Source: Camelus ferus (Eukaryota). From it: a stretch of 64,000 bases of DNA. The stretch lies in the NCBI RefSeq assembly GCF_009834535.1, contig NC_045712.1, positions 10,726,001 to 10,790,000 of the forward strand, written 5' to 3'. The translations under genes were made by a program, and so were the position numbers. Below the pieces are notes generated by a model. It was not told the origin of the DNA and made no database searches. It saw only the letters and a program-made list of their open reading frames with translations. Positions 1-11,890 of this stretch are shown here, in pieces; the stretch's first letter is position 1; each line of letters opens with the position of its first letter.

Positions 1-9
1 TTTAAATTA

Positions 10-150
10 TTATCTATCTTTCCCTATTCAGCGTGAACTCCACGAGAATGTGCTTTTTGTCTAGTCTGTTTCCTGTTGAATCCTGAGTGCCAGGAGTAGT
101 AGCTGGCATAGAAGACAGTCAATAGAAATGTTGAATAAATGAATGGAATC
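10..150 (+). mobile_element. L2 3' end remnant
   Basis: gaactccacgag...gagtgccagg...gctggcatagaag...aatagaaatgttgaataaatgaatg resembles the L2 terminal motif. Confidence 0.65.
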
Positions 151-1084
151 CATCTTAATCTGTTTCTAGATTGCTGAACTATGACTCCTGAAAAAGATAC
201 CATAGACGGAACCACATGCGCCACAGATTATTAAGGGTGTCACATGCTTATTTAGCTTAAGTGAGCGTGGATCAGCCCAGAGTCACACTGAATGAAATAT
301 CAGTCTGAGCAAAAATATAATAGAACTTTTTTCCATTTCCTCAGAGAACACAAAAAAGGGGATGTATGTGCTTCAGGCATTAAAAATTTTTTTTTCTTTT
401 AATCTTTTTTTTTTTTTTTTGACCCTCCTCCCGCTGTCATAAGCATGTATCATCCTCTGCTTACTCCCTTGCCTCTGACTTTCCCTGAAATGACTGCATT
501 TGGCTTTCCTGGTCTTATTATCTTCTGATCCTCTACTCTTTGTCCAGACCATCTCAACACTAATCCTTTAATTCCATTCAGCAAATAGGGGTAGGAAAAA
601 AAAATGAGAAAGAGCGATAACCCTCAAGCACAGCGATTGTGGACAAAAATAAGTTCCCGTGAAGAATAGACATTTATCTTTTTTATTAAGCAGTTCCTGA
701 GAGTCTGCTGGGCAGCTTTGCATCGTTGCTTCTTTTCTTGGAAGCAGATGTTCATGGGTTTTCATGTTGTGAGTAGATGGAAGGATCGTGGAGATTTGGT
801 GACCTTTTTCTGAGATCCTGTTATACTTATTTAACTCCCTGGGTACTATTAAAACCCCGTTTATGTAGCTCTTTCCTGATTGCAGCACCACACCCTTCTG
901 ATGATACAGACACACAGATATAGACAATACGAAGGATATATCTGTGTCAGTTACAGATGACAGAGGTAATCTCTGTTTATCTGCACCTGTAATCTTAGCA
1001 ATTTCTATACAGCCCCCAATATTTATCAGACTATGTGATGAATCAGTATCAGTAGAAAATAAATTACAACCCCATGTGCTTTAT

Positions 1085-1960
1085 TTACTCCTTGTTGATT
1101 CAGATGGTAAGAAACCTGACTCCAACTGGTTTATGTGATTAGGGAATTTGTTGGCTCATGTAACTAACACGTCCACGAAAAGACTTCAGGCACAGTGTGA
1201 TTCAAAGGCTCAAACTGAGTCAGATCAGCCCCCAGTGTCTTCAGAATTCTAACAGGGAGACTAATGAAATTCCAAGGTAGCAAAAGATGTAGGTACTCCA
1301 CGCAATTCCCTCTTGGGTCTTACGTCAGTGCAGTAAGCCCTGACATCTAAATCCTCACATCTGTGCTTCTTTGCCTGAGGTCATCCTTTTGTGGCTGAAA
1401 CATCCACTCTGCTAGTGCTCAGGGCAGGTCAGAAGTAGCAGGGGTGAACCTTGAGGAGCAGTCCTCAACCAGTGACCGACGGGGGTTGGTTCGTACATAC
1501 CCCCATCATGGGCCAGCTCTGAGGCTCCTGTTCTACGCTGGCTCCCAGAGACCCCAGTAGGTTGAAGCTCCAATCCTCCTCAGTTTTAAGTTGCTTGATA
1601 ACATCAACCTGTATTTCCTGGGATCACTTCTCAAAAACCAAACAAACAAAAAAGCATAGAACTTTTACACTCAAATTTTTGTCTCTGGGTCTGCTTTGCG
1701 GGAATTCCTCCTGGTTGAACATGCCATAAACCTCATCTTGATTGAACAAATCGGGACCACTCCCCCATCTCTGCACCAGTCACTGTAGCTTGGGGCATCG
1801 GTTTGCTCATTGGTTAGATTTGGGTCACACTCTCTACCCACGAGGCCAAGAGTCCAGCCCAAGGAAGAGCATGTGGGCTGATGGTGGGGTGATGGTGGCT
1901 CCCAAAGGACGTTAACAGAAATAGATCCTAAGGGGGCCATGAAACAAAACCATCAATGCC
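1085..1960 (-). mobile_element. MLT1 (J/K/L-like) MaLR LTR, split by an LTR16-type element
   Basis: gaaacctgactccaactggttta...gggaatttgttggctcatgtaact...gacttcaggcac; resumes near 1720 with accagtcactgtag...cattggttagatttgggtcac. Confidence 0.6.
1330..1710 (+). mobile_element. LTR16-type ERVL LTR
   Basis: ctctgaggctcctgttctacgctggctcccagagaccccagtagg...tcctgggatcacttctc...cactcaaatttttgtctctgggtctgctt matches the LTR16 3' half. Confidence 0.7.
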
Positions 1961-2081
1961 CACTGTTACCTACGTCTGCTCTATCCATCCATCAGGCAAG
2001 TACATTCATATGCTCACATTTTACGCCCAAGTGCCATGTTGAACGGCCAGATTGACATTCGCTGGTGTAGATGAGCTAGAG

Positions 2082-2562
2082 TAGAGGTCCCCAATTGTGG
2101 CCTGTGGGCCAAATGCAGCTACTGACTTTTGTTTTATTGTAAATAAAGTTTTATTGGAACCTGGCTCTCCGCCTTTGTTGATAACTCTCTATGGCAGTTT
2201 TCGTGGTGTAACGGTGGGGTGGGGTAGTGGCAACAGAGACCTTATGACTCACAAAGTCTAAAATATTTACTGTCTGGCCTACTATGGTCTGAATGTCAGT
2301 GTCCCTCCCACCTCACCCAAGTTATATATTGAAATCCAAATCCCCTACCCTCTTCTGCCAGGTCAGGAGACAAGATGATGTCTGGTACCGGGAAGAGAGC
2401 CCTCACCCGACCATGCTGGCACCCGATCTTGGACTTCCAGCCTCCAGAACCGTAGAAATAAATTTCTGCTGTTGACTAGCCACCCAGTCTGGAATACTTG
2501 GTTTATAGGAGTTCAAATTGACTAAGACAGAGATCTTTGCAAACAAAATTTTCCAACTCTTG
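2082..2562. mobile_element. MER58A hAT-Charlie MITE, interrupted by a MaLR LTR
   Basis: gtggcctgtgggccaaat...gtaaataaagttttattggaac...cagagacc...aaaatatttactgtctggcc; right end ctttgcaaacaaaattttccaactcttg resumes after the LTR. Confidence 0.75.
2281..2529 (+). mobile_element. MLT1A/MST-like MaLR LTR, internally deleted
   Basis: ctatggtctgaatgt...atcttggacttccagcctccagaaccgtagaaataaatttctg...gactaagaca. Confidence 0.8.
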
Positions 2563-4429
2563 CACTACACAGTAATCACTTTGATTTCTAGAATTTGTCT
2601 CCTAGGCTCCACGGCAGCACGTGAACAATTGTTATCCTCATGTCTTCACTCTCCTTTTCTCTTCCTTCAGACTGACCTCCATCTGGTAGGAGGAGCACCT
2701 GAACAAACTGCGATTAACTTAGCAGATTCCACTTGTCACATGTCCCTAAACAAGGACTACACATTAAATCACACAGCCCTACGGTGAATCTTTTCTTACT
2801 GCTAATGCAATTCACTTAATATAAAATGCAACCTGAGCTCTTCTAAACACAGTTGTCACAAGCATGATTAATTCAGTGGAATCCCCCATATTCAGCTAGA
2901 GAAAATGAGTTATTTAAAGTCAAGTGTTGGTGGGTTATCAAACTAGGGGGACAATCCCAGGTGTGAAAAAATTAACTTTATTTCTATGAAACTTTTTCAT
3001 TTTATGACTCAAGAATCTCCCAGAGAGAAAAATTAATCTAAACCTTTTCAGGATTTTCCTAGTCTAGTTCAGAGATCTTTATTTAAGTTACTTCTGAGTT
3101 AAAACTCAGGATCGTTCAGAAAATCCCACACAACCATCGTGAGGTTCTTTCCTTCGCCCTGCTTCAGTACTGATTTTAAATGTCCCAGGGTTAAGACAGT
3201 CAGTGTAAGATTCCACTGGGGAGCCACATCCAGATCTTTGACTTATTCTATCCTGGTACTTTGTTAGAGTTTTTAAATATGCAAAACTTGGCTTGCCTGA
3301 GTCTTGGGTGTGCTGTCCAGTCTACAGTGGCACTTCCCCCCTTCACAGTTTACAGTCATTGGTTTCTCACAACTTTGTCCCTGGAGATGGTCAAGGTTGG
3401 CCCTAGCTCTAACCCTTACGCCTTTAGGTCATTCTCCATCCTTCATGTTCTAGACTCCAGGCTCATTCAGATTTTTCAGTCCAGCCTTGATCTTCTGGGA
3501 TCTCTCCTAAAGACTTGATTGCTGTCCATCTTTTGGAGGTCCACGGGGGATGGAGAATTACTCTTTCCCTAACATCTTGCTTCCAACACTTTGGAACTAT
3601 TAACAACCATAGTTTGAGACAGAATGGGCAGGGTTCCAATCCTCTTTAGCCCCAGACCCCAAATTAAAATCAGCTGTGAGGTGGCTTCCCGTCTCCATCA
3701 CCAGGACTTACTCCAGGAAGAGGAGACAGAGTGAATGGTCCCTGGAATGTCTTGCGTCTTTTCTTATCCATATTCTTTTCTCTATCTGCAGCCTAGAGGA
3801 TCTTTTACGGAATTAGGGCACAGGCAGAAAACATCTTTTCCTGCTCATCCCTCCTTTTGGAGGCTAAGGACGTAACTTTTGCTGTTAGTGGTGGCCTGTG
3901 TGTCTTCTGCAGCTGGTGTTCATCCACTGGGCTTCTAAAGCAGATGGTCAGCAGTTACACCGGGAAGCAGTAAGTCGTACTTCGGTAAACACTTTGAAAT
4001 TTTATTCTGTTACATTGAGTAATGGGTTGTTTTTAACACCCCTAAAAAAGCAAAGGATTATCCTAAGTGATAATTATAGCTAGCATTTTTTTTGATGCAA
4101 AGAATATGCTAGATCTTAAGCTAAGCTCTTCACAAATCTCATCTAATTTCCATAAATCCCTATGGGACAGGTGTGCTCTTAAGTCTCATTTTCAGGGGAG
4201 AGGATTTTTTTCTAAATTAAATTTTCTCTGGCATTTCTTGTGTTTAATAAAATACCCAAATGTCAACCAGGTTTATATAAATATATTTGTGGCTTAATAC
4301 AGTAGTAAACACCGATTATTTATGAACAGATACGATACAGAGTGAAAACAATCCAAGTTGATATGATTTTTGTTTTCCTCTCCATTACAGAAGTGGTGAG
4401 TGTGTGCAAAGTTTCTAAAAAATTTTATT

Positions 4430-4520
4430 TCTTTTCCAGCTTTATTAAGTTATAAATGACAAATACAAATGACATATATTTAAGGTGTACAACCTGATGT
4501 TTTGAGGATTTCATGATCAC
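4430..4520 (-). mobile_element. L1M 3' end fragment
   Basis: cagctttattaagttataaatgacaaat...atatatttaaggtgtacaac. Confidence 0.7.
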
Positions 4521-4529
4521 CATCAAAAT

Positions 4530-4760
4530 GCAAGTGTTTCCTTGAGAGCTTACTCTGTGCCCAGTACTGTGCTAACTGCTTTCCAAAGGTTGTATAATTT
4601 AATGATCCCAACAACTTATAACTTGGTACATCATTACCGTCAATATGCAGAAGGAGATACGTCTACCTAGAAGGGTTAAGTGACTTGCTGAGGTCACCCA
4701 AGTAGCAATGAGTGGAGAGAGAATTCAAGCCCAAGGCAAGGGTGATTGCCTTACCCACTG
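4530..4760 (-). mobile_element. MIR SINE
   Basis: cttactctgtgcccagtactgtgctaac...gggttaagtgacttgctgaggtcacccaagtag...gaattcaagccca. Confidence 0.75.
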
Positions 4761-6548
4761 TGTAAATTTTCACTTCTGTCGCAGTGGAACACTCTCATAA
4801 GTGAAGCCATCTTTTGATGAAGTTCTTGGGTCCTTAAAAAGTAAATTAGGGCTCTATGAAGGACCCTGACTCTATCTATCGAATCCCATTCTTCTGAGAT
4901 CCACACAAGAGCCAGTTTTCAGTATAATAGTTTCTCTATGAGCTCATTCTTCAATCTAGCACTCATACATGCTAGAGACTATTTAACCATGGAACGTCTT
5001 TATTGCCGTGGATTTATGACCTCCTCTGCGTTCAGCAGATGAAATAATAGCCATTGATGAGCCAGTGAAACACTGCTGATGTTGGCACTCTAGAAATGGA
5101 GCCAATTAAATTCAATGGGTAGAAATGAACCCTATCATAACTGTTGCTGTTTGTCTTGGTGTAGGAAATAAACACAATCAACTTTTGCTTCTAAAAGTGC
5201 ATCAGAGACAGTATTTTCCCTTCTGGATACAGAAGACGCTGTGATAGTGACTTGGGATCTTTCCTTAGGCAGAACGGGTGAGACAGGAGATTGATGGAAG
5301 ACCCTCAGGTTATGGGAATCATATAAGATGCCCCTTATTAGGGACTGTGAAGGAGAACCTGCCCAACTTTAGTCCTATACCTTTCAGTAGTAAATGTACC
5401 CAAACCCCAGATAAGCAAAACAAGAAAGAACAGTCCAAAATCCGAGGCTGCCAACTTAAGGCCAAAAGAAATTAAAGAGTGACTTCAAAGACAAGTAAGG
5501 ACACCTGTGGTTCCTAATAACACAACAGGTGGAACAAGCTGAAAGCAGAGAAAGAAAAGGAGAGAAATAAGGAATCATGGGCTTCAAGAGCTAAAGAAGA
5601 TTGAGCTAATCTAGTCCAGGGTTAGCAAATAGATGCACTTGGTCCATTACATCCAGTGTAACCCTACAGGGAGGGATCTGGGGATTAACACTCTAACCCC
5701 AGTTTTCTCTCCCCTTTGATTGTCCTTCTCATGTTTTTGGCTGAATCAAAATGACAGCCACAAAATATGGAAACATACGGGTCAGCCTTGAGGCAGAGAT
5801 ACAGCGAAGAGTAGATACAGAGGGGCAAAAGCAGGATATCTACCACATTGCAGTGGGAAATTAATCTATTCCAGTAATTAGAAAGGACTCCCGAGTCCCC
5901 AGCATAGTAAAAGGACTGGGTGAAGCTGGATGACGACCTGTGTATCATCTCAGGTGTGTGAGCTGGTCACACCAGGACAGATCCTTAGTTTCTCGGTAGC
6001 ATTTCCCTCCTCACTCGTAGGGGAGCAGGTAGCAGTCTGGTGCTTCCCTCTCGTTAAGTCAATCATCTTAATAAATACTTGGTGACCAAGATTTTACTGT
6101 TACGCGTGAGCCAGACCCAAAGTCAGACCCATGGCAAAGAAGTTACAGGGAGTGCATGCCTTCAAGTGTTGACAGTTCCTGAGCTGCAGACAGTCCCTGC
6201 TTCCAACTCCCCTCGTTTCTATCTTCTTGGAAATTTCCTCAGCACATTTCTACCAAACTGTTGTCTTCTATGGGCTAAGCTGTAAAGCTGTTTTTGAATG
6301 TGAAAGCACTTCTCAAACTTATAAGAAGAAATGAAACACTACTACAGAAGTCTTAAGTACACACTTAGAAAAGGCATACTTAGAACTATGTAGATACACT
6401 GCACTTCAATGAAACGTTAAAAATGTTAGCTTGGAAAAAAGTGATGTTTCCACATAAAATACACAGATACATTGTTTTACACTTTAAAATGTGGGTATTT
6501 CAATGTGGGTAATCTAAGAGGATAGTGTATCTGTCAGAATCAAGAAAT

Positions 6549-7553
6549 ATAGATATTAACCCCTTATGGGTCATATTATTTGCAATCATTTTTTTCCCAT
6601 TCAGTAGACTGTCTTTTCCTTTTGTTGTTGGGTTTCTTTGCTGTGCAAAAGCTTTTAAGTTTAATTAAGTCCCATTTATTTATTTCCACTTTTATTTCAT
6701 TTGTCTTAGGAGATAGAGCCAAAAAATATCACTATGATTCACGTTAAAGAATGTTCTCCCTGTGTTCTCTTCTAGGAGTTTTATGGTTCCAGGTCTTATA
6801 TTTAGGTCTTTGACGATTTTGAGTTTAATTTTGTATATGGTATACGAAAATGTTCTAATCTTATTCTTTCACACTGTAGCTGTCCAGTTTCCCCAGCAAC
6901 ACTTATTGAAGACTGTCTTTTTCACCATTGTATATTCTTGCCTCCTTTGTTGTTGAAGATTAATTGATCATAGGTGCGTGGGTTTATTTCTGGGCTGTAT
7001 ATTCTGTTCCATTGATCTATGTGTCTGTTTTTGTGCCAGTACCTTGCTGTTTTGATTACTATAGCTTTATAGTATAGCATGAAGTCAGGGAGTGTGATAA
7101 TTTCAGCTTTGTTTCTTTTTCTCAAGNNNNNNNNNNNNNNNNNNNNNNNNNNNNNNNNNNNNNNNNNNNNNNNNNNNNNNNNNNNNNNNNNNNNNNNNNN
7201 NNNNNNNNNNNNNNNNNNNNNNNNNNNNNNNNNNNNNNNNNNNNNNNNNNNNNNNNNNNNNNNNNNNNNNNNNNNNNNNNNNNNNNNNNNNNNNNNNNNN
7301 NNNNNNNNNNNNNNNNNCTTCAATTTCCTTCAGCAATGTGTTATAGTTTTCACATTATAGGTCTTTCACCTTCTTTGTTAAGCTTATTCCTATTTTATTC
7401 TTTTTGATGAGACTTTAAATGGGATTGTTTTTTGCTTTCTCTTTCTGATAGCTTATTATTAGTATGTGGAAACACAACATATTTCTGTATATTAACCTGT
7501 ATCCTACACCTTTACTGAATTCATTTATCAATTGTAGTAGTTTTTTTGTGGAG
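6549..7553 (-). mobile_element. L1 ORF2 segment; inverted 5' part of a twin-primed L1
   Basis: Minus-strand ORF 6922-7323 contains ...[35 protein letters not shown]..., a typical late L1 ORF2 peptide. Contains N-run 7127-7317. Confidence 0.92.
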
Positions 7554-7554
7554 G

Positions 7555-8490
7555 CAACTCAATATCAAAAAATCAAACAACCCAATTAGGAAATGAGTAG
7601 AAGACCTNNNNNNNNNNNNNNNNNNNNNNNNNNNNNNNNNNNNNNNNNNNNNNNNNNNNNNNNNNNNNNNNNNNNNNNNNNNNNNNNNNNNNNNNNNNNN
7701 NNNNNNNNNNNNNNNNNNNNNNNNNNNNNNNNNNNNNNNNNTTANNNNNNNNNNNNNNNNNNNNNNNNNNNNNNNNNNNNNNNNNNNNNNNNNNNNNNNN
7801 NNNNNNNNNNNNNNNNNNNNNNNNNNNNNNNNNNNNNNNNNNNNNNNNNNNNNNNNNNNNNNNNNNNNNNNNNNNNNNNNNNNNNNNNNNNNNNNNNNNT
7901 ATATATCTGAAAAAAAAAAAAATGAAAACACTAATTCAAAAAGATACCTGCCCCTCAAAATTTATAGCAGCATTATTACAATAGCCAAGATATGGAAGCA
8001 ACCAAAGTTTCCATCAACAGATGAATGGATAAGGAGGATACACATTATATTTTTACTCAGCCATATAAAGAATGAAATTTTGCCATTTGCAGCATTGTGG
8101 ATGAAACTATAGGGCATTATGCTTAGTGAAGTAAGTCAGACAGAGAAAGACAAATACTGCAGTGTTATCAATTATATGTAGAATCTAAAAAGAAACCCAA
8201 ACGCATGTACATAATGAAACAGAAATTGACTTATAGATATAGAAAACAAAGTAATGGAGAGAGGGCCATGGGGAGGGGCAAGATAGGAGTAGGGGATTAA
8301 GAGATACAAATTACTATGCATAAAATAGATAAGCAACAAGGCTATACAGTACAGCACAGGGAAATAAAGCCATTTTTAAATAACTTTAAAAGAAATATAA
8401 TCTATAAAAATATTGAATCACTATGCTGTACACCTGAAACTAATATAATAATCTACAATATTGTAATCAACTATACTTCAATAAAAAAAA
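7555..8490 (+). mobile_element. L1 ORF2 end plus 3' UTR and A tail (L1MA9/cetartiodactyl type)
   Basis: caactcaatatcaaaaaatcaaacaacccaatt...gcagcattattacaatagccaagatatggaagcaacc...tgtaatcaactatacttcaataaaaaaaa. Contains N-runs 7608-7899. Confidence 0.92.
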
Positions 8491-8599
8491 TACAGTTACT
8501 AGTGGATCCTTATGTTTTCATCCTCTCAGTTCCACTTTCTTTGGGATCATTCCTCCCACTTTCTATGTGATTTTGTGTGTGGCTGCCTCTGCATTCTGA

Positions 8600-9180
8600 G
8601 CCCAAGGATGACCACGTAATCTAGTTCTGGCCGACATAACCCCTCCTCTGGCTGCAGTGACTGGTGTGGAGATGGATACTCAACTCAGACAGGCCAATCA
8701 CAGTCCTCCTTAGATATCTCTGCTGGAACTTTGGAGCAGATGCATCCTCTTATGCTTGGATCACACACTGTAAAAATGACTGATCTTCACCTAGGACTGC
8801 TAGCTGTCATCTATCCAGTGACATGACAGGAGAATGAAAATGAGGCCAACACATATTAGAGGTCGAACTAGAGATGGAGAAAGGAAGGCAACTGTATTGA
8901 ATCTGAGTCCCTGCAATCTGCTGGACTCAACATGTAAATACAGTCTATGCCTGTGTGCACTCTTGGACTCCACAGCTAAATGAGCCAATATACTCTCTCT
9001 CTCTTTTTTTTTTTTTTTTTTCATTTTTGGTTTCTCTATTTTTTTTTTTTTTCTTTTTCAAATGGAGGTACTGGGAATTGAACCAAGTACCTCATGCATG
9101 CTCAGCATGCGCTCTACCAACGGAGCTATACCCCCACCCTACTCTCTTTTTGAGTTAGTTAGAGTCTTTTTTTCCTGCCA
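8600..9180 (+). mobile_element. MLT1 (J/K-like) MaLR LTR carrying a nested vic-1 SINE
   Basis: cagtgactggtgtggagatgg...caggccaatcac...gaatgaaaatgaggccaacac...aatgagccaata...tttgagttagttagag. Confidence 0.6.
9004..9135 (-). mobile_element. vic-1-type camelid tRNA-Ala-derived SINE
   Basis: Minus: gggggtatagctccgttggtagagcgcatgctgagcatgcatgaggtacttggttcaattcccagtacctcca plus A-rich tail; tactctc(tctctc)tttt flanks both ends. Confidence 0.85.
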
Positions 9181-9479
9181 TTTTTAATCCAGTCAGTATA
9201 TTGGTATTAGGAGTGTACTATATTTTATATTATTATTAGTTTTTTTCTATAAAAGTTTGAAATATATCTTTGACTTCTCCTTTTACTTGGAAACAGAAAT
9301 TAAATAATAATTGTCCTGGTATCTTCTAACCTCACTGTGCCCCACACTAAGGGGAGAAGGATCTTACATATATTAACATACACGAAGCCAGTTTCCATAT
9401 CCAATAAGCATCATTACAGTTTTAAAGGTAAAGTGCTAACACAAGCACAGAACCTTCTCGATTTCAGATTCTCCACAAT

Positions 9480-9968
9480 GTTCTTGAGACTCTTGCCTTA
9501 GAACTTGCCCCTGGGACTCTGTCTCTGAGAAACCATTGAACGCACTAGAACTCACCTCAACTTTCTGAATTTGGAGGGAGAAAGAGAAAGGGAACACCCT
9601 TCAGCTGGAGACAGAGAAGAATACTGGTATGTGGCCTCCACTGGCAGCTCGAGGAAGTCAAACCCCCAAGAACAGAAGACTCCTGACTGGCCAGCAAAGC
9701 TGCCCCAACCTGCTGAAGCTGACCCTCAGGATTTGGCCAAGAGGCTTCATGACCACAGATGACTGTTTCCTTAGGCTCCACCCTCAGTCTACTCGAGTCT
9801 GCTGCCAAAAAGCCCTACTTCCTGGGAACCTCCTTGTTCTCTTTCTCTGTTCAACACTCAGACCCTTTATTTTCCTGTTTAAAAAACTGCACACATTATT
9901 GGATTCTTTCTTGGAGTAGTTGCAAAGAGAATCTTATTTCCTTCTCTTAGTGTGGCTGTTTTCACAAC
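9480..9968 (+). mobile_element. Possible unclassified LTR
   Basis: GC-richer block with TATA-like tttaaaaa near 9878 and a typical LTR-like end ...gtgtggctgttttcacaaca. No family or TSD recognised. Confidence 0.3.
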
Positions 9969-10254
9969 AGGGCCTGCAGATAAATTCTCAGATGACACTT
10001 TATGAGAACATGGCCTTGATTTTAAAATAACTAATAAAGCCTTACCTTAAGGGTGTTTATCCACATAAGATGCGGCCTCAGACATTAAGATTTATTTTCT
10101 AGGCTGACTGGCCTTTCGTTGAGATCTGAGGATTCTTGTAATATGTTTTCATCATTGTTGGAATGGGAGGATGTTACCCTGTGGATCACTATGCTGGTGT
10201 CTCAGATCTGCTTTTCTCCTCCTCTAGCTTTTCACAGCCTCCATTTCTTACTAC

Positions 10255-10640
10255 CCTGGCTTAATCAGTTCAGGCTGCTGTAACAAGTCACCACGGACCA
10301 GGTGGCTTCAACAACAAACATTTATTTCTCACAGTTTTGGAGTCTGGGCAGCGCTAGACCAAGATCCTGGCAGATCTGGCGCTTGGTAAGAGCCCTCTTC
10401 TTGGTTTGCAAATGCTGTCTTCTTATTATATCCCACAGGGTGGAGAGCAGAGAGAAAGAGAGAGAGAGATCTTGTATCTTCTCCTCTTTTAATAAGAATG
10501 ATCATNNNNNNNNNNNNNNNNNNNNNNNNNNNNNNNNNNNNNNNNNNNNNNNNNNNNNNNNNNNNNNNNNNNNNNNNNNNNNNNNNNNNNNNNNNNNNNN
10601 NNNNNNNNNNNNNNNNNNNNNNNNNNNNNNNNNNNNNGTA
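10255..10640 (-). mobile_element. MLT1A-like MaLR LTR
   Basis: cagttcaggctgctgtaacaag...aacaacaaacatttatttctcacagttttggagtctggg; 3' part lost in N-run 10506-10637. Confidence 0.8.
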
Positions 10641-10644
10641 AAAC

Positions 10645-11335
10645 ACCCCCACTCCTGCCTCCCTATTCTGGGCCACCGTCATGTCTCACCTGGATTGTGA
10701 TCCCAGCCTCCTGACTGTCTCACTGCTTCCATCCTTGTACTTCACTCTCTATAATCTATTTTCAACAAAGCAATCAAAGTGAATTTGTTTTAAAGAAAAT
10801 CAGAACCTGTCCCTCTTCTGCTCAGTACCCTCCCGCAGCTCCCCTCTCACTTGGAGTGAAAACCCAAGTCCTCATTATAACCCACAGGTTCCCACATAAT
10901 ACAGGTGCTCATGACCTCCCAACCGCACCTGCACTGCAATTTACCTCATTCATCTGCTTCTGCCACGCTGATCTTCCTTAGACTCAGCAGGTAAGCACCC
11001 ACCTCAGGGCCTTTCCTCTTGCTGCTCCCTCTCCTCCAGAACGCCTCCCTTCAGATACTCTCAGGGCCAGCACCCTCATTTCCTAAGGGTCTTTCCCCTA
11101 GAGTCACTTTTTCATTGAGGCCATCTTTGACCCCCTGACCTCAACCCCATTATCTGACAATTCCTTCCTTGCTTCCTATTATATTTGACTAGTGTGTCTG
11201 GTTTCTTCTGCTAGAATGTAAATTTTATGAAGCAGGAATTTTGGATTCCCTCTTGAATCCTCAGAGGCTGGATGAGTACCCGATACATAGTATGTGTCAA
11301 AAAGTATTTGTGGGATAAATAAATGAATGGATAGC
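10645..11335 (+). mobile_element. L2 3' region
   Basis: ccaccgtcatgtctcacctggattg...cctcagggcctttcctcttgctgctccctc...ctagaatgtaaattttatgaagcagg...aaataaatgaatgg. Confidence 0.8.
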
Positions 11336-11689
11336 TAAAATAGAAGACAGGGACACAGAGTGGAGAGCTAATCTGAGGACGTGTGTGCGAGATGCTTCAG
11401 AGAAGGTGTTGCTCCAAACCGAAGAGAGGGAATGGCTTTATAGATGCAGGGAACAGCAAATATGTACGAAATAGTGCTAGGAGTTAAAAAAAGAAGTTGA
11501 GATAAATATACTGATATAGAACAATCTTGAAGATATACTATTTAGTAAAAAAACACAGAGTAATGAACAAATACAACCTTATTTCTATAAATAAATAGGA
11601 AAGCAAAGCTCTAGACTTCCGTATGCCTATTTGTGTCTTTGTAAACATATACACAGACACACACCTAGAGAAAGGTCTGGAAGTCTATG

Positions 11690-11890
11690 CCAGCACTTAA
11701 ACATTTTTTTCTCTAAAGGGCCAGACTGGAAGTATTTTAGGCTTTGCAGGCCATATGACAGTTTCTGTTGCATATTCTTCTGTTTTTGTTTTTAAGCAAC
11801 TCACTCAAAATATATTAAAAAAATTCTTAGCTCATGGAATATATAAAAATAAAATCCTATGAGCTCGCCGGTGTTGACTCTGGATCCAGA
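11690..11890. mobile_element. MER58-family hAT MITE
   Basis: ctctaaagggccagactggaagtattttaggctttgcaggccatatg...aaattcttagctcatgg. Confidence 0.7.

Noticed and set aside
6922-7958. Long ORFs containing X runs (also 10302-10700 and 51848-52474)
   Set aside because: They stay open only because of N bases; the readable parts are decayed L1 ORF2 or MLT1 sequence.
9062-9135. tRNA-Ala-like sequence, also at 48000-48075
   Set aside because: Both have A-rich tails, TSD-like flanks and degraded stems; they are vic-1 SINEs rather than tRNA genes.
10288-10305. REST/RE1-like core caccacggac
   Set aside because: Only about half of the 21-bp motif matches, and it derives from MLT1A sequence.
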